This document shows positions 30,304 to 38,658 of a stretch of DNA of 64,000 bases, piece after piece (within the stretch, counting starts at the first letter, position 1; every line of letters starts with the position of its first letter). Origin of the DNA: Oceanispirochaeta sp. (GTDB lineage: Bacteria; Spirochaetota; Spirochaetia; DSM-2461); NCBI GenBank assembly GCA_963666275.2, contig CAXXOA010000001.1, forward strand, positions 1,728,001 to 1,792,000. Reading direction: 5' to 3'. Below the pieces are notes generated by a model, which did not search any database, was not told where the DNA came from, and saw nothing but the letters and a program-made list of their open reading frames with translations. The position numbers were made by a program, and so were the translations under genes.

Positions 30304-31857
30304 TTAGTCTGAGTATTCTAACCAGTCATAGATTCTAACTGTTGTTCTATAATGACTACAGAAGATTGGTGGATTTGCCTTTGATACTTCTTCTTTATAA
30401 TTAGAAAATTTTTCCTTTAACAATGATAATAATTTCTCATTGTCAATACTCGACTTTCCATTTTTTCTTATTGCCGCCTTTAAATAATTTGCATCAGATA
30501 TATTATAACTATAGCTTATTGGTTCATTTTTAATTAACATTGAGCGTACAGTAACATTAGGATTATTTATATCCTCATCAATTAATTTATAATATTTTTT
30601 TATTCTCCAGTCTAATTTATTATTTTGAATATCAGACAATTTATTCCCTAATTTTAAATATTTATACAACGGAGTTCGTCTCTGATATTTTAGAATCTGC
30701 GGAAATGCATAGGTTAGTAAATCATTAGGATCATATCCTCCAGTATTAAAAATAATATCTTCAATAATGTCATCTCGATTTAAACCAACCATTCCTTTTT
30801 CATGTAATGATTTCATTCCTACACCGATTACGAAGTCTACATCAACAATATCATCATTTTTCTCAATGTCTATTAAAGCAACTCTATCATGAGGGTCATT
30901 ATTTTTTACAATTTCATAAAGTTGTGTTTTAATTTGTTTAAGATGTTTAACACTTAATTTCCTTTTGTATAATTGCAATGTTTTATATATTATGCTGTAG
31001 TCTTTTACATAGATATGAGTAATAGGGAGATTGCTCCCATCAATATTTATATAAGACTTTTCAATAATGTCAGAAGATCCATCAAAAATTGGTTCTACGA
31101 GAAAAATGCTATTTTCCAGTTTTTTTAGGCCTTCATGAGATATGCATGTAGCTATTGATTTAAGAATCTCTTGAATATTAGAATCACTTATTGAATATCC
31201 TAGAAAAAAAATTGGATGTTCAATGAATATTGATAATAGTTTTGCTGCTAGATAAGCGTTCTTTTTTGTAAAAGAATCATAATCCTCATCTGTTAGAATG
31301 AGAGTATTAAAGTCATCTACAGATCCATGTATTTTGTATATTTCTCCAATTTCTTGGACTATTGAATTGATTAAATCATCTTGACTAAAATATACATCAT
31401 AATCCTGGAACAAACCCTCGATAAAATTATCCCAATTAGTGGTTATGATTCCATCAATGTTTGCTTTTTTTAATTCTTCAACTTCATTTTTTAATTCTTG
31501 ATCATCTATAATTGACTTCGTTTTAAGATATTTACATATTTCATATTTTAATGGAGATGACTCATGCTCCATTATTCCATATGCTTTATATTCATTCCTA
31601 CTATCCAAAAATTTATCATTCTTCCACCATATCTCTGAAAAGTCTTTTGCTAATAATTTAGCTGTTTTAGGAAGGTTAGAATTTGAAGTTGAATAATAAT
31701 AGTCAAAGTTTAAACCATTATCAGAACAAAACTTTTGTAAAAGTCCTTTCCAGTCTTCAAGGCCAATATATCTCCTTGAAAGACCTGATCCAATAAAAAG
31801 AAAAGGTGCTGACGTAAAGTTTTTAAGTTTTTTTTCTAATGTGTCTTTTATATCCAT
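30304..31857 (-). CDS. SIR2-like (SIR2_2) protein, putative NADase defence effector
   Basis: PFLFIGSGLS, IITTNWD, IYKIHGS, FFLGYSISD; visibly very AT-rich. Confidence 0.88.
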   Translation of the reverse strand: MDIKDTLEKKLKNFTSAPFLFIGSGLSRRYIGLEDWKGLLQKFCSDNGLNFDYYYSTSNSNLPKTAKLLAKDFSEIWWKNDKFLDSRNEYKAYGIMEHESSPLKYEICKYLKTKSIIDDQELKNEVEELKKANIDGIITTNWDNFIEGLFQDYDVYFSQDDLINSIVQEIGEIYKIHGSVDDFNTLILTDEDYDSFTKKNAYLAAKLLSIFIEHPIFFLGYSISDSNIQEILKSIATCISHEGLKKLENSIFLVEPIFDGSSDIIEKSYINIDGSNLPITHIYVKDYSIIYKTLQLYKRKLSVKHLKQIKTQLYEIVKNNDPHDRVALIDIEKNDDIVDVDFVIGVGMKSLHEKGMVGLNRDDIIEDIIFNTGGYDPNDLLTYAFPQILKYQRRTPLYKYLKLGNKLSDIQNNKLDWRIKKYYKLIDEDINNPNVTVRSMLIKNEPISYSYNISDANYLKAAIRKNGKSSIDNEKLLSLLKEKFSNYKEEVSKANPPIFCSHYRTTVRIYDWLEYSD

Positions 31858-31908
31858 TTTTATCTCTTTATAAAACTATGCAAAGATATAACTTGCTTAA
31901 AAATCAAC

Positions 31909-32241
31909 TCAACATTTTATTACGGCATAATTTATCAATTGTTTATTGAGTCTCCAAAACTCCTGCTCGCTCACAACCATGATCCCTTTCTGCAAAGCAA
32001 ACATAACAGCTTCAGAATAATCATCCGGATCCGCAGCTATTACCATTTCTGTATCTTCCTGGAATGAGTTATGAACTATAACCCTACCCAGTTCAAGTAC
32101 TCTCTTGATTTCTTCCCAGGAGAGGGGATCCCCGTGGATATCCTTAATCTCAAAGTTACCGTCCAGGCAGACTTTCAATCCTCTGTATTCCGATTTGTAT
32201 TCTGCTATATCCGGGCGGATAACAATTTCTTTTAGTTTCAT
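31909..32241 (-). CDS. stand-alone BRCT-like domain protein
   Basis: LKVCLDG...SWEEIKRVLELG...TEMVIAAD...ALQKGIMVVSEQEF resembles the BRCT pattern. Confidence 0.6.
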   Translation of the reverse strand: MKLKEIVIRPDIAEYKSEYRGLKVCLDGNFEIKDIHGDPLSWEEIKRVLELGRVIVHNSFQEDTEMVIAADPDDYSEAVMFALQKGIMVVSEQEFWRLNKQLINYAVIKC

Positions 32242-32249
32242 CGTTTTTC

Positions 32250-34073
32250 CTACTTTTTTAGAGCATTAACAGTTATATTCTCACTGAGAACACCCGGTTT
32301 AAATAGCCGGTAGGGAAATTCTTTTTTGTTGATGGATTTGTATTCCTCATGAATATTAAAAAGAGTCTCTGCTTCCACCAGGGTCAGATCGAAATCATAA
32401 AATGTTTCACTTTCCTGCTTCATGTCCTCAGTAAATGTACCGGATACCAGCAGACATTTTTCTACGGTAAATCCTTTATTTTCATAGTGTTTATAATAGG
32501 AGTTCATCTGCCGGGTAACAGTTGAAAACTTACTGTAACTTTCTTTGGAAGATTTACACTCCACAATAATGAGTTTGTTATCACCCAAGTCTAGAACAAT
32601 GTCGGCTTTTTCATTTTTGCTGTTTATGGCTGTCCGGAGTTCTTCATTGACGTTGAACCCTAGGCGTTCAAATATCATTTTTGTTGTTCCTTCGAATTCA
32701 AAGCCAACATTGATATTGTGAATACCCTGATTCTTTAATCCATCATAATCATTGTTGGCAATCAGGATATAATTTTCCAGATAGAGATTTTCCGACTTTC
32801 TGTAATTCCCTAAAACGGCATTTACTTTGTTCTTGCCTCTGTAGGAAATTTTATGATCAGTGCAGAAAGATATCAGAGTATTCTGGGGGAGTAGGTAGAG
32901 AATATCTCGGGGTCGGATATTGTAATCCAGCATATTTTCAGCATTGAGTTCAACTGTTTTTTGTATCTGAAATTCTTCCCGTATCATTTGTTCAATTTCT
33001 TTGGAATGAGCAGTTAAATCTCTGAGCAATTTGTCATAACCGTCCCGGGCTATACCTAGATTGGAATCAGTGTCCTGTTCCAGCAGATAGTCAATCAGAA
33101 AGTTTATTCTCTCTTCAATTGTTCTTCCGGTGTTCGGCAGGTGAATTTCCAATTTATTTTCGATAATGTCTTTCAGAAAATCTTTTCTATCCTGCAGCTT
33201 ATCGTTTTGGGAGAAAATCTCATCAGTAAGGATATCATAGATGCTTACTCCCTGTTTTATGATTGCTTCTATCTTGCTGTGTCTCTCTGTTTCCTTAATT
33301 CCATGGAGTTTTTTGACCATGTTGATATTTTTATCAGGGAGTGCTTTCAATATTCGTCTAGTAAATTTATCCGGCAGCTGAATCCCTTTGATGTCTCTCA
33401 GGATTGATATGAACTCATCGGGGATATAGATGGTGTTTTCATTCTTCTTGTAGAAAATTGTGCTTTCATCTTTTGCCAATGTGATGATGTCGTCAATATT
33501 CAGATTATCCAATTCTTTTTCACCGACAACAAGGTAATATAAAGCTCTGGATTCTTCGCTAGATAGTCCAAGTGATGATTTTAGTGTTTGAAGTATTGAA
33601 AGTTCATCAAGGGTTATTTTTTCCTGTGCTCCGTTTTTAAGGTCATTTGTGAAAGCTGTCGATGCACATGCTTTGAATATTTTATAATCCCTTATTCTGG
33701 ATGGATCAGCATCGAAAGGGTTTTCCCCTTTGTCAAACAGAGCTTTAAAATCTTTAATAGTGGATTTTAATTCCTTCACTTCTGCACGGAATAATTCATT
33801 GAACCAGTCCCGGCTCATAATGCAGTTCCCGTCTTTTATGATTATATCTGTAATGAGATCAAGTAGTAGGTTGTTGTTAAGTACGGTCATAAGGCGGTTG
33901 GCGTATAATTTATTAATAGCCGGGTGGGTGAATGCTTTTACAAAATGTTCTGCATCTGTTTTCTTTTCTAGTTCAATTTTTTCATCTATCTGGGAAATTA
34001 TATCGTTCAGGACTTTGTAAAATGGATTGATTTCGATTTGATTGCATTTATTGACTATTTTGAGAAGCTTCAT
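32250..34073 (-). CDS. large protein with C-terminal PD-(D/E)XK (Mrr-like) nuclease domain
   Basis: FEFE...FERLGF...KADIVL...IIVECKS; likely start MKLL at 34073 after GAGGT. Confidence 0.75.
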   Translation of the reverse strand: MKLLKIVNKCNQIEINPFYKVLNDIISQIDEKIELEKKTDAEHFVKAFTHPAINKLYANRLMTVLNNNLLLDLITDIIIKDGNCIMSRDWFNELFRAEVKELKSTIKDFKALFDKGENPFDADPSRIRDYKIFKACASTAFTNDLKNGAQEKITLDELSILQTLKSSLGLSSEESRALYYLVVGEKELDNLNIDDIITLAKDESTIFYKKNENTIYIPDEFISILRDIKGIQLPDKFTRRILKALPDKNINMVKKLHGIKETERHSKIEAIIKQGVSIYDILTDEIFSQNDKLQDRKDFLKDIIENKLEIHLPNTGRTIEERINFLIDYLLEQDTDSNLGIARDGYDKLLRDLTAHSKEIEQMIREEFQIQKTVELNAENMLDYNIRPRDILYLLPQNTLISFCTDHKISYRGKNKVNAVLGNYRKSENLYLENYILIANNDYDGLKNQGIHNINVGFEFEGTTKMIFERLGFNVNEELRTAINSKNEKADIVLDLGDNKLIIVECKSSKESYSKFSTVTRQMNSYYKHYENKGFTVEKCLLVSGTFTEDMKQESETFYDFDLTLVEAETLFNIHEEYKSINKKEFPYRLFKPGVLSENITVNALKK

Positions 34074-34288
34074 GTCATACCTCTGGAAATGGAAGGATGT
34101 ATTCAATGATATTCTTAACAATAAACATTATCAACAATAAAAAATAAAACATTTTTCCAGAATAATAATTTATTACCTAGATGGTAATAATAATATTTCT
34201 ATAAAAAACCCTTGATCTGTTTTTAAATTAATCTTAACGTATGTATAGTGCTGGTAGGGGCACTCGAAAGAGTGAAGGAGTAATCCTT

Positions 34289-34393
34289 ATGAAAAAATCC
34301 AGTACGAAAGACCTTACGGAAGATGAGTTGCAGGAGCTGTTAAAGCGGATAGCAGCCATTGCTGCGAAAAGGCGGAAAAACCGGAGTAAGTGA
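34289..34393 (+). CDS. 34-aa small protein (below ORF track cutoff)
   Basis: AAGGAG RBS, MKKSSTKDLTEDELQELLKRIAAIAAKRRKNRSK, overlapping terminator at 34375-34420. Confidence 0.55.
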   Translation: MKKSSTKDLTEDELQELLKRIAAIAAKRRKNRSK

Positions 34394-34431
34394 CTGGAAA
34401 GGTTACTCTCCGGTTTTTTTATATATATAAA

Positions 34432-34456
34432 AAGGCTCCTACAAAATAGGAGCCTT
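34432..34456 (-). terminator. terminator of the leftward (cI-side) transcript
   Basis: AAGGCTCCTA-CAAAA-TAGGAGCCTT with a T run on the minus strand. Confidence 0.65.
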
Positions 34457-34479
34457 GAAATCAAAAAAATATTTTATGA

Positions 34480-34899
34480 CTAATCGTTGTCTCTTTTATT
34501 ATTGGTACGGACTATCTGTGCAGCATATCCAAGTACAAAACCAACAAGGATCTTCAATATATCCTTAAAGAAATTAAATATCTTATCAATAATTGCATCG
34601 TTATGATCTGAAAGATACCAGATTAGAGCTCCACCACCTAAAAGCAGAATAGCTATCAGAACAGCGCCAAGCTTTACGATCAGTTTTTTGAAATCGAATG
34701 ATTTCTCTATAAACTGGCTTTGAACATCAAGTTCCCTGTTTGCTATTTGGGTTGCTTCTTTGCTTGATTCCCTTGAGGCTTCAAGTTCTTTGGCAACATT
34801 TTCTTCACGCAGACGTTCTATTTCTGTCCTGCTCATTTCTATATCGAGAAACTTATTTATATCTACTTTTTCTGGTAGGTTCTGATTATCTTTTGGCAT
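34480..34899 (-). CDS. membrane protein (coiled coil plus 2 TM)
   Basis: Two hydrophobic helices at the C-terminus; downstream of cI. Confidence 0.7.
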   Translation of the reverse strand: MPKDNQNLPEKVDINKFLDIEMSRTEIERLREENVAKELEASRESSKEATQIANRELDVQSQFIEKSFDFKKLIVKLGAVLIAILLLGGGALIWYLSDHNDAIIDKIFNFFKDILKILVGFVLGYAAQIVRTNNKRDND

Positions 34900-35164
34900 T
34901 CTTACTTACCAATGAGTTTTGTATTCTTTCTAAGCGGTTAATAGCTTTCCCCATACTACTGTTAGGATCAATATCTATGGAATGGAAAGCTCTACTCTTC
35001 ATGCTGTTCTGAAGAGCATTTTTCCTGATACGTGTTGCAAGAATCCCTTTACCAAGACGATAAGAAAAACGATAGAAATATGGATGCTCTACTTGTCTGC
35101 TGATAGAGAGCATATCATTCATTTCATGCATTGTAACTCTCTTTGTTTGCATATTCATCTCCAT
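34886..35164 (-). CDS. hypothetical basic protein
   Basis: 92-aa ORF overlapping the next gene by 14 nt. Confidence 0.55.
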   Translation of the reverse strand: MEMNMQTKRVTMHEMNDMLSISRQVEHPYFYRFSYRLGKGILATRIRKNALQNSMKSRAFHSIDIDPNSSMGKAINRLERIQNSLVSKNAKR

Positions 35165-35294
35165 ATGAAATTCTAAATTAAGTCAACTTAAACTACAACT
35201 GTTTAACAGACCTGTCAATTAGTACCGGATAACAATACTTACTGTATAACTCATATTAGTAAATAAATCAAAATTATTACTGGTTACGGAAAAG

Positions 35295-35651
35295 TTACTC
35301 CCCACCTTTCTTATTTCTTAAAGAAGTAACAACAGCCCCGGCCTCAATCAAATCCAGAAACCTGTCCAGATCCTGCAGCTCCTCCTCAGAAAGGTCATCA
35401 ATCCACTTGTGCATCATAGATTTTAACTCGGACATCCCTTCATATTTGTTTGCTTCAGCATCGGTTAAAAACTCAACACTAACACCAAGTTCTTTTGCTA
35501 TAGCTACTGATTCAGACGCTGATGGTTCAGTATCTCTTTTTATCCAGTTACTTACAGTGCTTCTTGGTCTATCCACAATTCTTGATATATCGGCTTGAGA
35601 TAAACCCTTTTTGTAGAGCAGTGGTAATGTCTTTTCCCAAAATGTACTCAT
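35295..35651 (-). CDS. XRE-family HTH repressor (cI-like)
   Basis: LSQADISRIVDRPRSTVSNW...IAKELGVSVEFL; divergent from the lytic operon. Confidence 0.88.
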   Translation of the reverse strand: MSTFWEKTLPLLYKKGLSQADISRIVDRPRSTVSNWIKRDTEPSASESVAIAKELGVSVEFLTDAEANKYEGMSELKSMMHKWIDDLSEEELQDLDRFLDLIEAGAVVTSLRNKKGGE

Positions 35652-35672
35652 GTTTATTTTCTCGACACATTG

Positions 35673-35759
35673 TACCATTTTTGGGATAAAAAGATAAAAT
35701 TATTATTGACATAAAACCAATAATGGTACATTAATAGTTTATGAATACCAAAATTGGGA
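35673..35759. promoter_or_regulatory. genetic switch: three 14-bp operators and rightward promoter
   Basis: TACCATTTTTGGGA (35673), AACCAATAATGGTA (35715), TACCAAAATTGGGA (35746); TTGACA at 35706. Confidence 0.7.
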
Positions 35760-35914
35760 CAAAGAATATAAAGATCAACGGAAATATTCACATCCGGATT
35801 AAGACAAGAGCTGCAATTGAAGACAGGAAGATACAAGAGGTTGTTGAAGAGGCAATATCTAATTACCTGATTTCAAAAGAGCATGATAAAAACCACAACA
35901 AAATGAGTAGTTAA
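35741..35914 (+). CDS. ribbon-helix-helix (Arc/CopG-like) protein in the Cro position
   Basis: 57 aa, not in the track: TKNIKINGNIHIRIKTRAAIEDRKIQEVVEEAISNYL. Confidence 0.72.
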   Translation: MNTKIGTKNIKINGNIHIRIKTRAAIEDRKIQEVVEEAISNYLISKEHDKNHNKMSS

Positions 35915-35927
35915 GAAATAAAGAAAT

Positions 35928-35943
35928 AGCGCAATATTGCGCT
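35928..35943. promoter_or_regulatory. 16-bp palindrome, candidate parS
   Basis: AGCGCAATATTGCGCT; near-identical copy at 38466 inside parB. Confidence 0.55.
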
Positions 35944-35959
35944 TTTTAAAGGAGCCGTT

Positions 35960-36289
35960 ATGAACATCCCCGACATTGAAGATTTCAAAAGATTGGAAAA
36001 GAAAGTCTCAGCCACTCAGTTCATGATGAAAGAACTCCTGGACCTGGTAGGAGATCCTGTCCTTAACCTTGATGATGTAGCTGCCAGAGAAGGAATTTCC
36101 CGCTCCATGCTTATGAGGGAACGGTGGCGGATACCCAATTTCGGACAGTCCGACTTTGCTACCGGAAGAAAACGCTGGAGATTGAGCTCCTACTGCAAAT
36201 GGCGTGAACGGGATGAACTGGCACGGAAAGAGGAGTGGGATCTGATGCGTATTCATGATCGGGAAAAGATTGTGATGGGGCAGTTTTAA
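35960..36289 (+). CDS. putative excisionase/AlpA-like winged-helix protein
   Basis: LNLDDVAAREGISRSML...RIPNFG...RKRWRLS; AAGGAG RBS. Confidence 0.6.
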   Translation: MNIPDIEDFKRLEKKVSATQFMMKELLDLVGDPVLNLDDVAAREGISRSMLMRERWRIPNFGQSDFATGRKRWRLSSYCKWRERDELARKEEWDLMRIHDREKIVMGQF

Positions 36290-36296
36290 ATTATTC

Positions 36297-36367
36297 GGTA
36301 CCGACCCACAGCAGGTTTCAGACATGCCTGCAGGCGTGGTCAGGCGGTTCAAGTCCATCCGGTGCCA
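36297..36367 (+). ncRNA. tRNA-like module 1
   Basis: Acceptor GGTACCG/CGGTGCC+A; T arm GGCGG-TTCAAGT-CCATC; one long hairpin in place of the D and anticodon arms. Confidence 0.6.
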
Positions 36368-36490
36368 GAAAAATCCAACCGTAACCGGTCATTGCGGCAA
36401 TGGTGATCCTGCTCCCGTAGCGAAGGGGGATTCGCTCAGGATTTTAGAAACCGGTACCCTTCACGGTGTTTCGGCCCGGAGGGTTTATTC

Positions 36491-36565
36491 AGGCTGGTTG
36501 TGTAGTGGCAATGCCCCAGGGATTGAGAGGCCCCCGGCCCCCGGGTTCGATTCCCGGTCAGCCTA
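36491..36565 (+). ncRNA. tRNA-like module 2
   Basis: Acceptor AGGCTGG/TCAGCCT+A; D arm GTGT-AGTGGCA-ATGC; perfect T arm CCGGG-TTCGATT-CCCGG; degenerate anticodon stem. Confidence 0.68.
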
Positions 36566-36623
36566 TTCTTCCTTGGAATGGAATAGTTTTTCGATGTCTT
36601 GGCCGAGACGGATCCGGCCACAA

Positions 36624-36690
36624 TGGCAGGTAATGCGGTAGGAGGGTTTTCTCCTTTTCCCTTCTGGGGGTTCGATTCCCTCCCTGTCAA
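36624..36690 (+). ncRNA. tRNA-like module 3
   Basis: Acceptor TGGCAGG/CCTGTCA+A; T arm GGGGG-TTCGATT-CCCTC; single central hairpin AGGAG/CTCCT. Confidence 0.62.
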
Positions 36691-36818
36691 ATAGATGAGC
36701 CTGACCAGCTCATTCATTGCGACACATGCCCTGCGGCCGCAGGTGAACAGGTTGAAGTTGTGTGACGGGTGCAGAGAGAGGCACATCTTATAAATCCATA
36801 AATCATGTGAGGTCAAAC

Positions 36819-37052
36819 ATGAAAAAGACTCAAAGCCTGACCTGCGGGTTCATGCTGGTAAGAAACGGGCAATTCGGCCCCTGTGGGAATAAAGCAACTA
36901 TGTACTTTAAAAAAGCCCCCCTTTGTGATGAATGCTCGGAATATGTGAAAGGCCGGGGAGAGAACATCTTTCCTATTACGGAAGAGTTCGAGAAAAAGGC
37001 TCATGCTTCGGAAGAACGGAAAGCCAAAAAGATGGAGGGAATACACGCATGA
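36819..37052 (+). CDS. small Cys-rich phage protein
   Basis: ATG after GAGG; C...C...CDEC; stop overlaps the parA start. Confidence 0.65.
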   Translation: MKKTQSLTCGFMLVRNGQFGPCGNKATMYFKKAPLCDECSEYVKGRGENIFPITEEFEKKAHASEERKAKKMEGIHA

Positions 37053-37813
37053 AAACTATTGCATTCAGTTCCATCAAAGGCGGTACGGGTAAATCATCCA
37101 ATGCCATTATGCAGGCCAACTATCTGGCCCAGGCTGGAAAGAAGGTTTTGTGTATCGATATGGATATTCAGAACTCCATGACATTCTACTATGTTGATGA
37201 TCCGGAAGCTGTAGAATACAACTCAATAGCAGAAGCTCTTCACCGGGGAGATCTGATGGATAATGTACTGGAGACTATCTATGCCAATATTCATCTTATT
37301 CCTTCTTCATTTAACCTGGTGAATCTGAGGACTATCAGTATCCTGACTCTCAAACGGCTGTTAAGCCAGGTATCCGAGAATTATGATTTTTGCATCATAG
37401 ATACAGCTCCTACGTGGGACAACATTACTTTGAATGCCCTGTTTGCGGCAGACAGGATAGTAACTCCCTGCTATCTGTCTCAATGGGATTGGAAAGGAGC
37501 CTTGTTTTTCCAGAATCAGATTATTCAGGATCTGGGTGAAGAACACCTGCAAAAATGGAATCTTTTAGTGAACTCCTGGAAACCTCCCAGAACGGATAAT
37601 CCAGATAATATTCTGAACCAGTTGGATACGCTGTTCTTGAATAGTTTTGATAACATCCTTGAAATCCGGATCCCCCATGAAAGCCTGATAAAAAAGTATA
37701 TCGACACTGGGGAGCGGATCTCCATGGCAAAGGATAAGAGCCGTCTATTCCTGGCGGCAGAAGCCCTCTCTCAGCTCTTAACAGGGGAGCGGTTGAATGT
37801 GGAGGCTTTCTGA
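37049..37813 (+). CDS. parA: ParA family ATPase
   Basis: KGGTGKS deviant Walker A, IDMDIQNS, IIDTAP; start MKTI at 37049. Confidence 0.92.
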   Translation: MKTIAFSSIKGGTGKSSNAIMQANYLAQAGKKVLCIDMDIQNSMTFYYVDDPEAVEYNSIAEALHRGDLMDNVLETIYANIHLIPSSFNLVNLRTISILTLKRLLSQVSENYDFCIIDTAPTWDNITLNALFAADRIVTPCYLSQWDWKGALFFQNQIIQDLGEEHLQKWNLLVNSWKPPRTDNPDNILNQLDTLFLNSFDNILEIRIPHESLIKKYIDTGERISMAKDKSRLFLAAEALSQLLTGERLNVEAF

Positions 37814-38658
37814 TGGCCAGGGGATTAACTGTAAAGGCGAATCCCGGCAAAGAGAAAATGACGGGAGGACTGTCTCTGAATCAGCTGAGTGAGCAGATCA
37901 GGGAGCTACGGGCAAAGGTTCCTGTAATTACTTCTCCAGAGAATATTCCTACCGGAGAGCCCTTTGTCAGTCTCTTTCCGATCCAGCAGAGAAACCTGGA
38001 ATCCATTATGGAATCCATCGGGCAGAACGGGTTTGATCCCCGGAAGGCTCTGATAGTCGGGATTTTTCCGGATGGTACCAGCTTTCTTGTGGATGGTCAT
38101 ACAAGACTGTCCGCAGTGAAGGCTCTGGGGCTGGAAGAAGTCCCTATGTGGCACCAGACATTTGATAGTGTGGATGATGCAGTGGATTGGGCACTTCATG
38201 AGCAGATCGATCGTCGGAATCTTTCTGAGTCCGAGCTGTATGACTATGTATTGAAAGTAGATCAGATGAAATCCAGAGGGAGGGGTGACAGTGCATATAA
38301 AGGAAAATCTTCAGAGAGAACTGCCGATATCGTCGGTACTTCTCCCCGGAAAGTGGAGCAGATCAGGACTGTTGAGAGGGATGCTTCTGAACAGCAGAAA
38401 GAGGCGATCAGGTCAGGTGACAAATCTGTTAATCAGACCTACCGGGAAATAAAGGGTAAAGATAAAGCGCAACATTGCGCTAATTCCAGAGAACCAGAAA
38501 GGAACTGGGTGGTCAAAACCTATATTGGGAAGGTTTCTCTTATCAGAAATGGTGAAGAGGTTGTGCTGGTGAATTATACCACCATGGAGACATTGTATGG
38601 TGCCCCAGCTGAGAAGTTGCGGAAGGTGGTGGAACAGTATCTGGAGAAGATTTTGTGA
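37813..38658 (+). CDS. parB: ParB family protein
   Basis: LVDGHTRL, EQIDRRNL, downstream HTH; translationally coupled to parA. Confidence 0.88.
   Translation: MARGLTVKANPGKEKMTGGLSLNQLSEQIRELRAKVPVITSPENIPTGEPFVSLFPIQQRNLESIMESIGQNGFDPRKALIVGIFPDGTSFLVDGHTRLSAVKALGLEEVPMWHQTFDSVDDAVDWALHEQIDRRNLSESELYDYVLKVDQMKSRGRGDSAYKGKSSERTADIVGTSPRKVEQIRTVERDASEQQKEAIRSGDKSVNQTYREIKGKDKAQHCANSREPERNWVVKTYIGKVSLIRNGEEVVLVNYTTMETLYGAPAEKLRKVVEQYLEKIL

Noticed and set aside
36491..36565. Canonical tRNA-Leu(GAG)
   Set aside because: TTGAGAG could be an anticodon loop, but the stem has only three good pairs and the long Leu variable arm is missing; kept as tRNA-like only.
36324..36816. ORFs 36324-36641 (+) and 36436-36816 (-)
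   Set aside because: No RBS or protein-like features; the region is better explained as structured RNA.
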